From: Bugula neritina
Lineage: Eukaryota; Animalia; Bryozoa
DNA length: 64,000 nucleotides
Reading direction: 5' to 3'
NCBI GenBank assembly: GCA_964035545.1
Contig: OZ037765.1
Location: forward strand, 33,727,504-33,791,503
Below the pieces are notes generated by a model, which saw only the letters and a list, made by a program, of their open reading frames with translations, had not been told where the DNA came from and did not search any database. Position 1 is the first letter of the stretch; each line of letters opens with the position of its first letter. A program made the position numbers and the translations under genes. Shown piece by piece: positions 24,029 through 58,300 of the stretch.

Positions 24029-26906
24029 CTAGTAGTAGTAGTACTAGTAGTAGTAACAGTAATAGTAGTACTACTAGTAGTAGTACTAGTACTAGTAGTA
24101 CTAGAAGTACTGTGGTCTCACTCACTCTGCAAGTCTAGTGCTCAGCTCTCCTGATGGATTCACGTCAAACCAACCGATATTCTGTCTCAGAGTTGCTTTA
24201 TAAAACATGAGACGAATTCTCCGGGCCTGTCTCTTCGCTGGAATAGCCCAGAATGCTACCTCCAGATAGGCACACACCAGCACACCGCATCCAATCTCTA
24301 ACAAAAAATACATTTTTATGCCCAAGTAATCAAATATTCAAAACACTTTAGAAATATCAAGCTGTAAATGAGTAAGTTTAATTAGCAGTTCTGGACAGAA
24401 TAAACATTTTTGACACATGATGATTATAGTTACGCACACTGTAAAAACTATCAACACTTATATGTACATATGTACTTGTATGTACCCAGAAAGTAGATGG
24501 CGTATGTACGCATCGTATCTAGAAGATCATCTCTCTTGAAACTATCCGGAAAATCAGCTGATATGTTGTACTTGGCTAGCTCTTTTTTCTGGTAGTCTAT
24601 GAAGTCTCTACAACCCAGTGACTCATAACTAACCAGTGACTCATCACTAACCAGTGACTCATCACTAAGCAGTGACTCATAACTAACCAGTGACTCATCA
24701 CTAAGAAACGACTCATCACTAAGAAGTGACTTATTACTAAGCAGTAACTCATAAGTAAAGTTATGAGTCAAAGCCAAAGCTCACTCAAAAAAGAGAAGAC
24801 AATTACTGAGAAAACTTATACAAGGTAATTTTAGCCACAATTGTTCTATTGTTGTTACCTGTCAGCACCTGAGCTAATTAAATCAGGGAATATAACCTAA
24901 TCTAACTTAACAAGCATAAAGACAAAGCCATACAGAGGTTGACAGACATACAACTAGGGCATTGTGTTACATAATACAATTGTTGCATTTTTGAATTGAA
25001 AATCATTAGATTCAAATCAAGCAGCTAACAATTACTGAGTAAACTATTGTTACAGTAGACTACTGTAAGTAAGGGGAATAAATAGCAACAACCCCTTGCT
25101 ACACTATTGTTATACTAAACTCACTCAGTCAGGGTCTCAGACTCAGAAGTCCCCTTGAAGAACGTGTTGCACGTGAAGTCCTCGCCGGAGTTCTGGTCGT
25201 TGAACTTGTCTATCATGTCGGTGATGTTGTTGCAGACGTCACAAATGTCTTCCGTATCCAGGAAGATGTTAAGCATGTCACCGAACACAATAATGACACA
25301 CGGGACGGCGATACCGTGTCCGATGGCCCCCAGAGTGCCGAGAAGCATGAGCAACTTGTCTAGACCAGTGGCGTAGCGGAACTGGACAGGAAATGCAAAG
25401 TCTATGAGTCATGTTTTACTAAACTTACTGGATAACACTACAGAAAAAGTCCAGTAGAAAAAAGGTTTATTTTATAAACTTCTTGCCGATAGCAAAAGTT
25501 TACAGGCTTATAAAATGCTTTGGCTAAAGTAACTTTTACATAAAGGTTAGCAATAAATTTTGTATGTTAAACAAGCAACCATGGAACACCATTTAGGTGA
25601 TTCAAGAATATAACCAAGTATATAACCGAGTATATAACCGAGTATATAACCAAGTATATAACTAAGTATATAACCAAGTATATAACCAAGTATATAACTA
25701 AGGATATAACCAAGTATATAACTAAGTATATAAATAAGTATATAACTAAGTATATAACCAAGTATATAACCAAGTATATAACTAAGTATATAACCGAGTA
25801 TATAACCAAGTATATAACCAAGTATATATTCAAGTATATAACTAAGTATATAGCCAAGTATATAACCAAGTATATAACCAAGTATATAACTAAGGATATA
25901 ACCAAGTATATAACTAAGTATATAAATAAGTATATAACTAAGTATATAACCAAGTATATAACCAAGTATATAACTAAGTATATAACCGAGTATATAACCA
26001 AGTATATAACCAAGTATATATTCAAGTATATAACTAAGTATATAACCAAGTATATAACCAAGTATATATTCAAGTATATAACTAAGTATATAGTCAAGTA
26101 TATTATCAAGAATGTAACCAAGTATATAATTAAGTATATAACTAAGTATATAACCAAGTATATAACTAAGTATATAACTAAGTATATAACCAAGTATATA
26201 ACCAAGTATATATTCAAGTATATAACTAAGTATATAGTCAAGTATATTATCAAGAATGTAACCAAGTATATAATTAAGTATATAACTAAGTATATAACCA
26301 AGTATATAACTAAGTATATAACTAAGTATATAACCAAGTATATAACCAAGTATATAACCAAGTATATAACCAAGTATATAACTAAGTATATAACTAAGTA
26401 TATAACTAAGTATATAACTAAGTATATAACTAGGATATTTTATATGAAACATTGACTGTCACACTTTCTCTCTCTCACACAAAAAAACAAAGAATTGAGA
26501 ACAACTTACCAAATGAAATGTGCCAACCATTGGTTTCTCTTCTTCCTCCATTTCTTCTATTTTTTCTGTATCAACACTAAGTTTTGATTTGTTATAGCCA
26601 TGTTGTTTGGAGTCGTGGTAGCCATTTTGTTTCGAGTCGTGGTAGCCATTTTGTTTCGAGTCAGGATAGCCATTTTGCTTTGAGTGACTGAGCGGCTCAA
26701 AATCGACGTACCCTTCATTGATGTACTTGTCAATGTCCAACTCCGAGTCTACAGAATAATAAATAGAAATAAAACAAATTATTGGAACAGCAGAGAGCTC
26801 TTAGAATTGTGGCGAATAAATCTAAAGGCAACAGTACATGAATAGTAAAATATCAAATTGAAAGTACTTCCTGTTACTATAAGCTGTTCGTTTTACCTGA
26901 TTCCAT
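15042..26906 (-). CDS. ABCB1: ABCB1/P-glycoprotein-like full ABC transporter, paralogue B
   Basis: ATG GAA TCA G|gtaaaa at 26906-26897 (in-frame TGA just upstream) splices to exon 26748-26510 (DSELDIDK...PMVGTFHL), then the same exon series as A on the minus strand, ending ...[11 protein letters not shown] at 15042. All NBD motifs intact. Confidence 0.94.
17133..17936. repeat. 25-bp minisatellite filling an intron of paralogue B
   Basis: Unit GATGTCACTATGACACTATG(C/A)ATAC with shorter variants. Confidence 0.95.
18900..19368. repeat. 21-bp minisatellite next to an acceptor of paralogue B
   Basis: Unit GTATAGAGAGATACTGGAGAT with higher-order variant blocks. Confidence 0.95.
19512..19978. repeat. 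18-20-bp minisatellite directly after a donor of paralogue B
   Basis: Unit TATACTAATACTATACTG(TA). Confidence 0.92.
24616..24755. repeat. 18-bp minisatellite next to an acceptor of paralogue B
   Basis: Unit TGACTCATCACTAACCAG. Confidence 0.85.
25605..26435. repeat. 12-bp satellite (AAGTATATAACY)n
   Basis: About 70 tandem units with higher-order duplicated blocks, in an intron of paralogue B. Confidence 0.95.
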
Positions 26907-27576
26907 GTTTTCTCAATGTTTTGTAGCAGATTCTTTTGACAAGTGAAAACAGGTACTTGAGCCTATCCGTTATACATAGAGAATGATGCAGAAGGACACT
27001 TGGTCGGTGAGGAACATTCTGTAAAAATCACCCAGTAGGCATAAAATAATTTGCAGAAAAATTCTGGATATTTCAAATCAGTAATAAAACACTTGCAATA
27101 ATAATATGAGAATCTTTATTACTGGTGGTACACTTTCAATGGAAATGGCAAAAAATTCAAATATTTTTTTCCACCATTAAATATCTACAAATATTAGAAA
27201 AAAACACCTGTAACACTTGGCTGGATCACATCAAAACAATAAAAAAAAACGAATTGAGTATCAAAATGAAACAAGATATTATATTGAGAGCAAGATAGCA
27301 CACTTACTGTGTGTGAGCTGTATAGTCTCTACACTGGTGAGAATATGACTTGCATTATACTTATACAAAACTTGCCGCACAAAAGACAAAAGGCTGCTCC
27401 AACGTGATCAATGTTACACGTGTAGGCGAATGCACAATTTTTGATTGGCCACCATCTCAGCTGATCAATGATGGGAAATCCCATTCTTTTAAGCAGTGGA
27501 AAATCCATCTGTAAGCGAATTTGCATAGATTAACAACTCCAAAAGTTACAGTTGAAATCTAAAACTGCATATTGGA

Positions 27577-27918
27577 CAGGGTTGGGGTTTATTACATATG
27601 AATGTAATTAATTACGATTACATGAAAATGTATCAATTACAATTACAGTTCTCAACAGTGATTAATAGCTAGGGTGATGCAATACTACATTTAATTGATC
27701 TGAACTTTTTATTAAACAGTGGGCATGGTAGGAAAAGTATGACATTTTTAAGATTTAAAAAATTTAATCAATTGACATGTCATAAATTGATGGTAAAAAT
27801 CAATTACATTATATGTGTAATTAACTGTAATTACATTATTATACAACAACTATAAATTACATTCAATTACTTGAAAAGATGTAATTAATTACAACCAGTT
27901 ACAATTACCCGTACCCTG
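27577..27918. mobile_element. Non-autonomous hAT-like MITE
   Basis: Imperfect TIRs CAGGGTTGGGGTTTATTAC ... GTTACAATTACCCGTACCCTG, subterminal GTAATTAATTAC palindromes at both ends, degenerate 8-bp flanks ATATTGGA / CTACTGGA. Confidence 0.6.
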
Positions 27919-30019
27919 CTACTGGATACTGTAAAGAATTAGTGTTACACTAGTGCTCTTTAAATTGCTTAGTTTTGAAATCTAGAACCTTCAATCTCGG
28001 TCTGTCTTCCTAAACTCTCACCAGTAATGCAACATAAACCATCTACATTGAGTCACAACAATGTTGACATGTATTTGCTCAACAAAATAATTGCAAGTAT
28101 CTAATTCAATTAGAAAAATGACTGAAAAACTTATCAAATACCTCAAATAAACAATTAGAGGTGTTGTATTTGATTAACTGAAATGAATAGTATTAACAAT
28201 TTCAAAGAGTTTGCTTTAAATTCAATTTTTATGACACTTTTACAACTTAAATAGATTTTATAATTGAGAAAACTTGTAGTTATGAGATGATTTTTGGTGA
28301 TTGCTAATAGTTCTAAAGATAAAAAATATAGTAACAGCTATTGCATAACCTAAAGAGAAACATATATCAATTCAAAGTTGTCTACTCTTACTCACTGCCA
28401 TTTTTTTTCATTTATAATTAAAATGAAAATTCAATAATTTTCAACATTTTACACATGAAAATCGTAAGCTAGCTCAAACAATTAAAGAGTATCTGATAAG
28501 ATAGAGAACTGCATGATTATACACAGTTACATTGATTCCTTATCATGGTAGTGCAGCTACATCCATCAAAGGCCAGGAAGGCACCGGATAAAATTACAGA
28601 AGGAACAAAACAGAGTTATCTTCCCATAAAAATGCAAACCTGTAAACAATATTACTTTTGCTAAGCATGGTGAACTAAAGTATAAGATGATGTCCAATAC
28701 ATTACAAGAAATGAGTTGCTTTGTTGAGCAAGTGCGAAATTTAGTAATTAGTAATGTTGCAAAAGATTTTAGTTTGAAACTCAAAAAATAAAATAACTAA
28801 TTTTATAGTTATACTAATACTTAATTCTATATTATGATTATCATAATCGTTATGGGTTTACCTGTCGATACCTGACGAAGTTATCTCCACACTAGACTTC
28901 TCTAGAGGGAAGAAGGGGTGTGCCGCACAACGAAAATAAGTTGTCAGTACTTGGACAGTAGTCTAAAAATGTTAACATTCTTGTGCAGATTAACTTAACA
29001 GGCTAACTAGCCTGTCTGTGTGTGATTTACAGTTATGGACTGTTCTGGAAGTCATTCAGTTAGTGCCGATTCTCATATCTCTTATCGTTCTTGAGAGAAA
29101 ACTATAAAGATATCCATTCTTAACCAATCTCTCTAATCTGGGAACTTATGAAACCTGAGATCGAGTCTGTGGTCCACTGATCCAGAAAATCATCATAGGC
29201 AGCACTCAGAGTTGGATGTTGTTCTTCCTTACACAATATTTTCAGGAGAAGGCTGATGCGTCGACTTTTCTTCTTTAGATCAAGCGGTTCCAAACACAGC
29301 TTTTTATTTCCTCACCAATATCAGTTCTTCCTTTGCTGTTAGAGATAAAACGCACAGCATCTGTTTGTACATTCTCCATTTTACTTATATGATTTTTGCT
29401 GGATGAGTCCCAGGCTTCGCTGGCATATTCCAAGTGTGCGAGACAGAGGGCTTTGTAGGCACTAAGCTATTAATAAACTGTTAGTTTACTTTTAGTAGTA
29501 GTAGTAGTACTACTACTACTACTAGGTCTAGTATTGTAATTATTATTATACTTAATACTTATACTTATAGAATATAGTTATACTTATAGTAATATTAATA
29601 TTATTATTATTCACTAATACTAATACTAATAGTTAATACAAAAATATTACTAATATTATTAGTAACATCAATGACAATAGTATTACTATTAGTATTGCCA
29701 ATGCTAATAGACAATAGTAATAGTAATAACTAATAGTAATACTAATAGTAATAGTAATACTAATACTAATAGTAATAGCAATAGTAATACTAATACTAAT
29801 AGTAATAGTAATACTAATACTAATAGTAATAGCGAAGTGCGCACTAAAATTAAAAGTAAATTTTCAGCTACTAACCCTAATGAGCAACGTATCTCTAGCC
29901 AGTAGCTAGTGTAGAATGCATTGGATGTGATAGGTAGATAGTCAAACATATTAAACATGGTGATGCCAACACTAACAGTAACTTGAGAATTAAAAAAAAA
30001 TCATTTGAACAGTGAGAGT

Positions 30020-30490
30020 CAGAGTGAGAAAGAGCACGTGTTTACGCGGCTGGTATGGCTTAGCTACAGGATCGTTACTCATTTTTATGAAGAGCGTTTA
30101 ACGGCGTGTTCAAAACACAACGTTCGTAGGCCCACAGCACTTTTTTGCTATACCAAGTCTACAAAAATTTAAATCACGTGCTAATCGTGCAAAACTGAGC
30201 TGTCCAATAAAAGCAGGGTTCTCAAAAGTAGCCTATCCAATAGCGTCTACATTGCAGAAACTCAACAATGTCATTCGCTAAAATCGATATTCTGCTGTTG
30301 ATCACCAAGTAACGAATGAAACAAGAACCATATTATCCTCCATCAAGTGAAGTGGGGTAACTAGTCCACAAAGTTAGTAAGCATATACCATTATGCTTAC
30401 AAACAGTGACGTTTATAAATAGCTAAGATAAAGAACGTGCAACTCAGTCTACATTAATCTGCAGTTGCGTTTACTGCGATTGAAGTAAGT
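30020..30490. promoter_or_regulatory. Candidate bidirectional promoter of paralogues B and C
   Basis: CpG-richer segment between AT-rich low-complexity flanks; CACGTG at 30035 and 30175, CCAAT at 30204 and 30237; outward-facing donor-like sites GTAAGT (+, 30485) and GTAACG (-, 30078). Confidence 0.4.
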
Positions 30491-31774
30491 GTCTTAAACA
30501 CAATAATAATGAAACTTAAAACTATAAAAGTATTACTATTAGTATTAGTATTACTAATACTATTGGTATTACTTTTAGTATAAGTATTGACTTGGTGTTT
30601 TTAGTACTAATAGTTATTAAATTTAATAAATAATTATCTTTATAATTTTATTGGTGAAAAATAGTGAATAACAAATAATTCATGATGGTTACAATTTTTA
30701 TAATCATTATCCTAAATCTAATGATATTAAATATTATATTTATTGCTATAGTATTACTATTACCATTAATAATGTTATTATTACTCACTTCTGTAATCAT
30801 CAGTATAACTGCTAAGAAGCAAAAAATATTACAATTTAATTTATTGATAGTTTGAAAGTGTAAATTAAATATTTTTTATTGGAGTACTCTTTGAATAATT
30901 TGATAATACCTATGTAGTCGGTTATTTAAAATATGGATAGCCACTTACAGTTTCAGTTACTATTTACTACTTGGTTTATTAATCTGATTTGACTTTTAGT
31001 TGAGTTGAGTGGTAGATTCGCAAAGCAAGGCTACTGTTTCATAATGTAACAGGCTATAAGCTTTATAAAGCCTAATATGTCCAGCAAATGTTTTTCTAAC
31101 TGCTTTCTAACCAAAAGTTGTTTCTCTCAAATTTATAGACTATAGAGCATTTTAATGAGCATATTTTTAAAAATAGCCAACTGACAATTAAATTTTAGTT
31201 ATAGTCAAAACATAATGAATACAGTTTCAAACTGTGACAGTAACATTTAAGAACAAAACCATGCATTTGACTGCTTTTATATATTTAACTTAAATTGGTA
31301 GCAGCTTTTATAACAGATGATTAGATTAGATATTTTTGTTTGGGTAAGCAGGTATTGAAGTGTGTTTTGCTTTCATCATTTCTACATTGTATTAACCTTG
31401 TATTTAAATTTTAAATGTTTCCTTTGATTGTATAACTTATATTTTTTAATACTTGAAAATACTCATTTGCCAGAGAAATAAAGATATTCCATAGCTATGC
31501 TTATTTATTTTATGTTACAAAACTTTCTTTTAGTATCGTACAATTTTCATTTCTTTATCAGTTGCATAATAACCTTAGCTAGCTTTATAAAACTATGCTC
31601 TGTATTGTTTGCTGTGCTGCATCGTAACATTTAGTTGTTCTTGATAACACAGTATAACGATTGTTGAAGAACACAATAAATGATAACACATCAACAATAT
31701 ACTTCAAACTGATATGATATGATAAAATAAAGAGTAGGACTAAATTTGATGTTATAGGATAAGTGCAGCCTAGC

Positions 31775-51512
<19,738 letters not shown>

Positions 51513-52387
51513 TGAACTATTTTTGCTGGTGATACCAAAGCCTCCCTGTTTTTGTCTAATCTCAGTTATATCTCAGGCTTATTTCTCTGTGATAGTATTT
51601 GAGATGAAGTATGTGTATTCTTTGCACCTGTTTGCATCAAATCTCAACATTTTCTTTAACCAATTGTCCATTTTTGTTAACATGATGTAACTTTTTATAA
51701 AAATATGACTGTGTACGCATGACTAATGCTGTGCCAAATACGTGCCTATTCATTCATTCATGTAAGAACCAAGACTAATGTTAACCGCTGTCATCTAATG
51801 TGTATAGCAGCTGTTTGTATCTATTCACTTTCGATATATAAAACTATGCCAATAAGTAAGTATTTTTCTTCACTTGTGTTTCTTTGAGTTTTGATGTTTG
51901 TAAAGTATTTTATTACACACTACGATGCTTGTATTTCTACTTAAAAATACTTTTTCATTTATTACGCAAGTTTAACAATACATAATACAAAATATAGATT
52001 TATTCTGCAAACTAAGCTTTGGTTAGTATTTCACCCACAAACTGCACTCCTAAAGTTGAGTTGCTCATAATCTCATTTCTCGCAGTTTTACTTGAAAGCC
52101 ACAAATTCATGACTTTCTTTGTTTAACTGCCACTTAGACTGCCCAAACATGAATAGTATGTATATTAAGAAAATAGATATATAGATATGACATGTGGTAA
52201 GAAAATATTCTACTCCATAAAAATATACACTTGAAAAATGCCAAGATTTGAGAAATATAATTTTTAGAATTCCCGGAGATCATTTATGAAGCAATATAAA
52301 AACACAAAATATTGTCTGAATCACAGTTATAAAAATAAGATGAAGGAATTACTAGTTTTTCATCAAAAAGACTTTCTGCTTAAGATT

Positions 52388-55300
52388 CTAGAACGTTACG
52401 GTGAGCAGCGAGAGGGCAGCAAGAGTTAGAGATGCTCGGAGGAAGCAGGCAGCGTTGTCTTCTACTGTAGCAGGAGGAAACCACTCGTACACTTCCTGAT
52501 CATCGCTGACTACGGCCTCTTCAACTTCAGTCACTGCAGTATGAGCTTCACTCACCTACACAAGTTCATCACAACTCACTTAGAAGTGATATTACAGCTT
52601 CACAGCACTTAGAAGTGATATTACAGCTTCACAGCACTTAGTGGTGATAGCAAAGCAGATCTTCCTAACATCTCCTTCTAAGTAAAGATTACATACCTCT
52701 GTATCCTCCATTGTGTAGCAGTCGTAGATACAGGACTGTCTCAGTTCAGCTGTGACCACTTCACACGCATTCTCACACTCCTCTCGGGTGGGGACGGCTC
52801 TCTTACGCCCTGAGAGACAATTTAATACCTCAACTATAACCTATATATATATATACATATATATATACATATATATATACATATATATATATATACACAC
52901 ACAGTAGATAGAGTATTTCACCTCTAATTATATACATAAAGTTGAATGCAGAAAATCTCAGACAAAAGTAGCTTTTTCTTAACTTACTGCGGGAATTGTC
53001 TTCTTCTGTTTCCTCTATTTCAGCCTCTTTCTCATCTACACATCCATCGACTATCAAACCTGATGCCTGCTCCACGTAACCTCTCGCTCCACGTACCACT
53101 ATGTTGTAGAAGTTCCTGTAAAATGTGCACATAACTCCTAACTCACTCTGAGATATTGCCAGCTGAGCACACAGTGTATCATTACGGCCATCTCTAAGCT
53201 CAACTGCAACTAGCTACCAACACAGAGGGGCTTTGCTAACCCCCATACTCACTCTATATAGATTATCAGAACTCTGAGGCTTGTCTTGTACTAATGAAAT
53301 ACATAACCTACTAACATTGCTTTAAAAGTTTTCGTAATAAAAAAGCATGGATTCAAATTTACTAAATTAAATAATCAATTTATCAAATAATTAATTAAAT
53401 TAATAATTAATTAAATTAATAATTAATTAAATTAATAATTAATTAAGTTTCTTTTTATTTTATGCATTGTAACCAACTAGTTAATTTAAAAGCTCAAATA
53501 CCTGTAAAAGAAACAAAATATTATGTAATCGTACTTGAAAGGTGCGATAGCAATCATTAGTCCGACACTAGCGTCCTTTATGACGACAATGCCGATGTCG
53601 GTCTTCTCCTCAATAGTGATGTCATAGTCGGCGTCCTCACCAGATATGCTGACTTTTGTCGAGCCATCTTCAAATGTCGTCTTTAAAGCTCCGCCTTCTG
53701 CAAGGTAAGTAGCTATTGGCTCAGCCCCGTATTTTGCACCAATGTCGTACATCTTTATAGAAATCTAAATGAATGCAAAACATCTTTATGACACTTTAGA
53801 AAAGCAGTTGAACTAAAATATATTTCTATAACACACAGACTTCGCTTAGTAGCAATAGGTGTATATCAGACAATATTTAATTCAAGTTCTGAAACTAGAC
53901 TACAGACAGACAGACAGACAGACAGACAGACTAACCTCAGTGATGATGGTGGCATTTGAGTCTGACCTAAACTGCGTGTTGACGGCCTCCATTAGGATGC
54001 GGTGGGTGTGGTCGTTGACAAAGTAAACCTTCTTTCCTGGCGAGTCACAGACTGAGAACTCAGTCGCACCCAAATGCTTAATGTGGGGGTCTCCAACAGC
54101 CCACATGCTCACCCTATTCTTGTCGCCCAAGTCCTGATGAAACCATAAGAATACGCTGTGATTTCTTTCACGAGTTTCAGAAGTAAAAATGAAGTTTATA
54201 ATAGCGTTTGTTTGGAACACCCCACAAAGGTTCTTACCGGAATTGCAACTTCAAAACAAAATTTACAAAAACACCATTAGAAACTTGAGCTATACATATT
54301 TGTTTGGTACTGGCTCTGAGTGGACTTTTACTAGTGTATAAGTTTCAATAAATAACAACTCTTCCACAGTGCTTCCTAACTCTAACTAAACTCTCGACTT
54401 ACAACAGCTGTGTTGGGAATGAAATACTCGAAGGTAATCTCCGGCACGACGTTCCCAGTGGCTCTATTAACGTGAACCAATATGTCTCTCAGCGCGTCTG
54501 CAACATCCAACTGTGGACAAATCTGCTGCACGACTCTAACTATGCATTGCCCGGGATTTCTCACCGTTCTACAGGAAGTAGTATAATCCTATCTTGTACC
54601 AGCCAATTACAGGCAAATTTACAACTAGTTACCGAAATACCAACAAATCACAATGAATTTTACATACACCTGCCAATCACAACCACGCTTACATAATTGA
54701 TGGCGTCATTAGCCTATCATAAACAAGCTTAAAAACAGATGAACATACCTGACAACTTTCTCGATTACTGTTAGGATTTCATCCTTAGCAGCAGCGCCCT
54801 CTACTATGCGCATGAACAATGCTATCACTTCCTCTACGGCACAGTTGTTTATGATCAGCTACAAATAACAAATACACACATCATTGAAGTTTGAATCTGT
54901 TTTGCTGTAAATGACAGACAGTTATCTAATCGCTACAGCTTTATTACTCACCTATTACTATATACAACTATGCAAACTGCTTGAACTAGTGTTTATGGTG
55001 AGATAATGTGAGACAGGAAATAACCATAGATCTCTACGAACTCGCGGTAAACACAAACCTCCATAAAATCCTCAACCTTTGTATAGTTGAACTCCAGTCT
55101 GTTGCTCAAAGACGTGTCTAGGAAACACCTCAATGGTTCTGTCAGACTCTCTCTGCTTTCCAGCATGTCTAAAGTTTCAACAGAAAACGTATTCTGCAGC
55201 CACAACACTCGAACTCTCGCTATGATTCGTAAACTCGGCTAATATAACAAAAGAATTTTTTTTCGTAGATCCACAGCACATCATAGATGGCTGCTGAAAC

Positions 55301-58300
55301 GTTTGAATCAAATAAAGGACAAGAAATTATAACAAGAGTGAACTCTAAAAAGGGGAGAGGGGGAGAGAGAGAGAGGGAGAGAAGGGGGAGAGAAGGGGGA
55401 GAGAGAGCATGTTGAAAGATCACAATACAAACAACTTCAATGCAGAAACTGAAATCAAAATCAAATTAAGTTTTCGTAACTTGTAGTCTCTTATTCTACA
55501 TTTCAAATAAATATTCATAGCTTTTGAACTAATTTTCAACTACGATATACTTATTAGGTATCATTATCTCAGCCCTTACGATATACTTATTAGATTTTAT
55601 TATCTCAGTCATATCGGCATTAAATGTTTGAAATTTCTTTGTTATTGAGAATTTATTACCACTATTCAACTAACACACCACTGCTACTATATATATATAT
55701 ATTAAATGTGAAACCATTCATATAGCAGAATATCCAAGTGATGTGAACAAGTGACATAAAACTTAGACTCAGTACCTTCAACCACATCTTCCTTGTATTG
55801 GTCGGCGCTCTCACAGTACCTCTGTTCCGCTAGATCAAGGTAGTCAGTCTTGAGTGTGTCTTGTATATCAGGACAGAAATCCTCAACCCCCCATCTCATG
55901 CACTGAGCAATTTCAGTGACAAACCTACCATCAATACAGACATGTCTTCATGAAACACAAAGCTATGACTCATCACCCTGCTGAGTCATCACAGGATTAG
56001 CCTGTGCTCTAGATTATTAGAGGTAGTTGTCTTCTCACAAGAAGTTCAACTCACACCACACAACAAATCACCTAGGTAGTAGCTAGCTGCAAGCAATCAA
56101 CTCAAACAGACTATCGGCCAGTTCTAGACTGCAGTGAATTTCCTCCACTAACAGAAGCCACGAGAAGTAAGAGCGTGCTATCCCAGAAGGGTTGAAGAGT
56201 TGACTCACTTGCAATGAGACGTGAAAATTGATTTCAGTTTTGACTCCAGCAGCATAGCTTCAATGTCAGCGATGCTAGACTCGTCATCTACGAGGGGTTT
56301 GTTTGGGGAGCCGATGACCCACTTATCGTAGAAGGCGGTTATGGCGTAGAATGTGTACGGCTCTATGGTACCCAGGTCGGTAAACCATTCAGCCATCGTG
56401 TCACCTGCCATATAATGTAGTGTAATTGTATGCAGTATAGTATAACTATACACAGTGTAGTATAACTATACACAGTATAACTATACACAGTACAGTATAA
56501 CTATACACAGTGTAGTATAACTATATACAGTACAGTATAACTATATACAGTATAACTATATACAGTACAGTATAACTATATACAGTATAACTATATACAG
56601 TACAGTATAACTATACACAGTACAGTATAACTATACAGAGTACAGTATAACTATATACAGTACAGTAAAACTATACACAGTATGGTATAACTATACACAG
56701 TGTAGTATAACTATATACAGTACAGTATAACTATATACAGTATAGTATAACTATATACAGTATAGTATAACTATATACAGTACAGTATAACTCTACACAG
56801 TATAGTGTAACTATACACAGTACAGTATAACTATATACAGTACAGTATAACTATATACAGTACAGTATAACTATATACAGTACAGTATAACTATATACAG
56901 TACAGTATAACTATATACAGTACAGTATAACTATACACAGTACAGTATAACTATACACAGTACAGTATAACTATACACAGTATAGTATAACTGAGTACCC
57001 GTAAAGTTAGGAAATGTCCCGGATGTAATACTTCTGTCAACGCAAGGTACTCCAATATTCACAAACAAGCCGAGGAAACTGCAGGGCATGAATGTATCAC
57101 TGTAGAGGTTATTGACGCCATTTTGAAGGCCGCTGCGCAGGAAACACAAAGCAACAAGAAATGAACAGCAAACAAAGTGCCAAGTGAGGAAAATTTCTGT
57201 TTAAATTTGTACAGTTTTGACCACAGGCTGCAAGAAGTAGAACAATAAGCACATGAAAATTGTTACCCTGTTCATTTAGAAATTGATACAATCCTAAAGT
57301 TGGGTGGTTATTATTATTGGTTATTATTATTATTATTGGTTATCAAGAAGAAATCCATGCATAAACAAACCTGTCTGTTTTAGCATAAATCTTATCAAGA
57401 GCTTTTATTGCTTCATATTCATCGGCCATTCCCTGAATATCAATAATATAATACAATAATATAATACAATATCCATATTATACCACAGTAATAAACAACA
57501 GTAATATAATACAATATTATAATACAGTAATATAATACAATATTATAATACAATAATATAATACAATATTATAATACAATAATATAATACAATAATACGA
57601 TGCCCTCACCCCTTGCTCATAAAAGCCAGTCTCACAGTCATAGGCACACGGTACGGACATTTCCTGAAGAGCTGAACATCTGTCTGTGCAGCTGTTACTC
57701 ACTGAAGTAGCCCCTGAATCATACAGAACAGTAACGAGAGATAACTCCTGACTCTGACCCATGTGACCTAGATAGCTGCACTATGTGACCTATATAACTG
57801 TATAATGTGACCTAGATAGCTGTATAATGTGACTTAGATAACTGTACCAGGTGACCTAGATAGGTGTATAATCTGACCTAGATAGCTATATAATGTGACC
57901 TAGATAGCTGTACCAGGTGACCTAGATAGGTGTATAATCTGACCTAGATAGCTATATAATGTGACCTAGATGACAGTTAACTCACGTATATCACTGATGG
58001 TATCATCACTAGCAGCACAACCCTGAGATATAAAACCGTATGTCAAACTATACGCATCCTTCGAGCCTCTCGTGTAGACAATCCAATTATTTCTGTAACA
58101 GTGGCGGTATACGGTATAGTGTATTGCAGCGTACTGACACAACATAGAATAATAGTATAAATTAATAAAGTATAATATAATAAAACATACTGTTATACGA
58201 TACAGAATAGTATAACATGTAATACCATGAGATAAGATATGCAGCACCTACCCAGTCGGGTTTGCTATGACTATCACCAATCCCAGGTCATAGTTTGTCA

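Noticed and set aside
55169-55300. Apparent frameshift or stop in the RGM-like gene
   Set aside because: Resolved by the acceptor TTTTCTGTTGAAACTTTAG before ~55168, which keeps the frame (VVE-DMLESRES).
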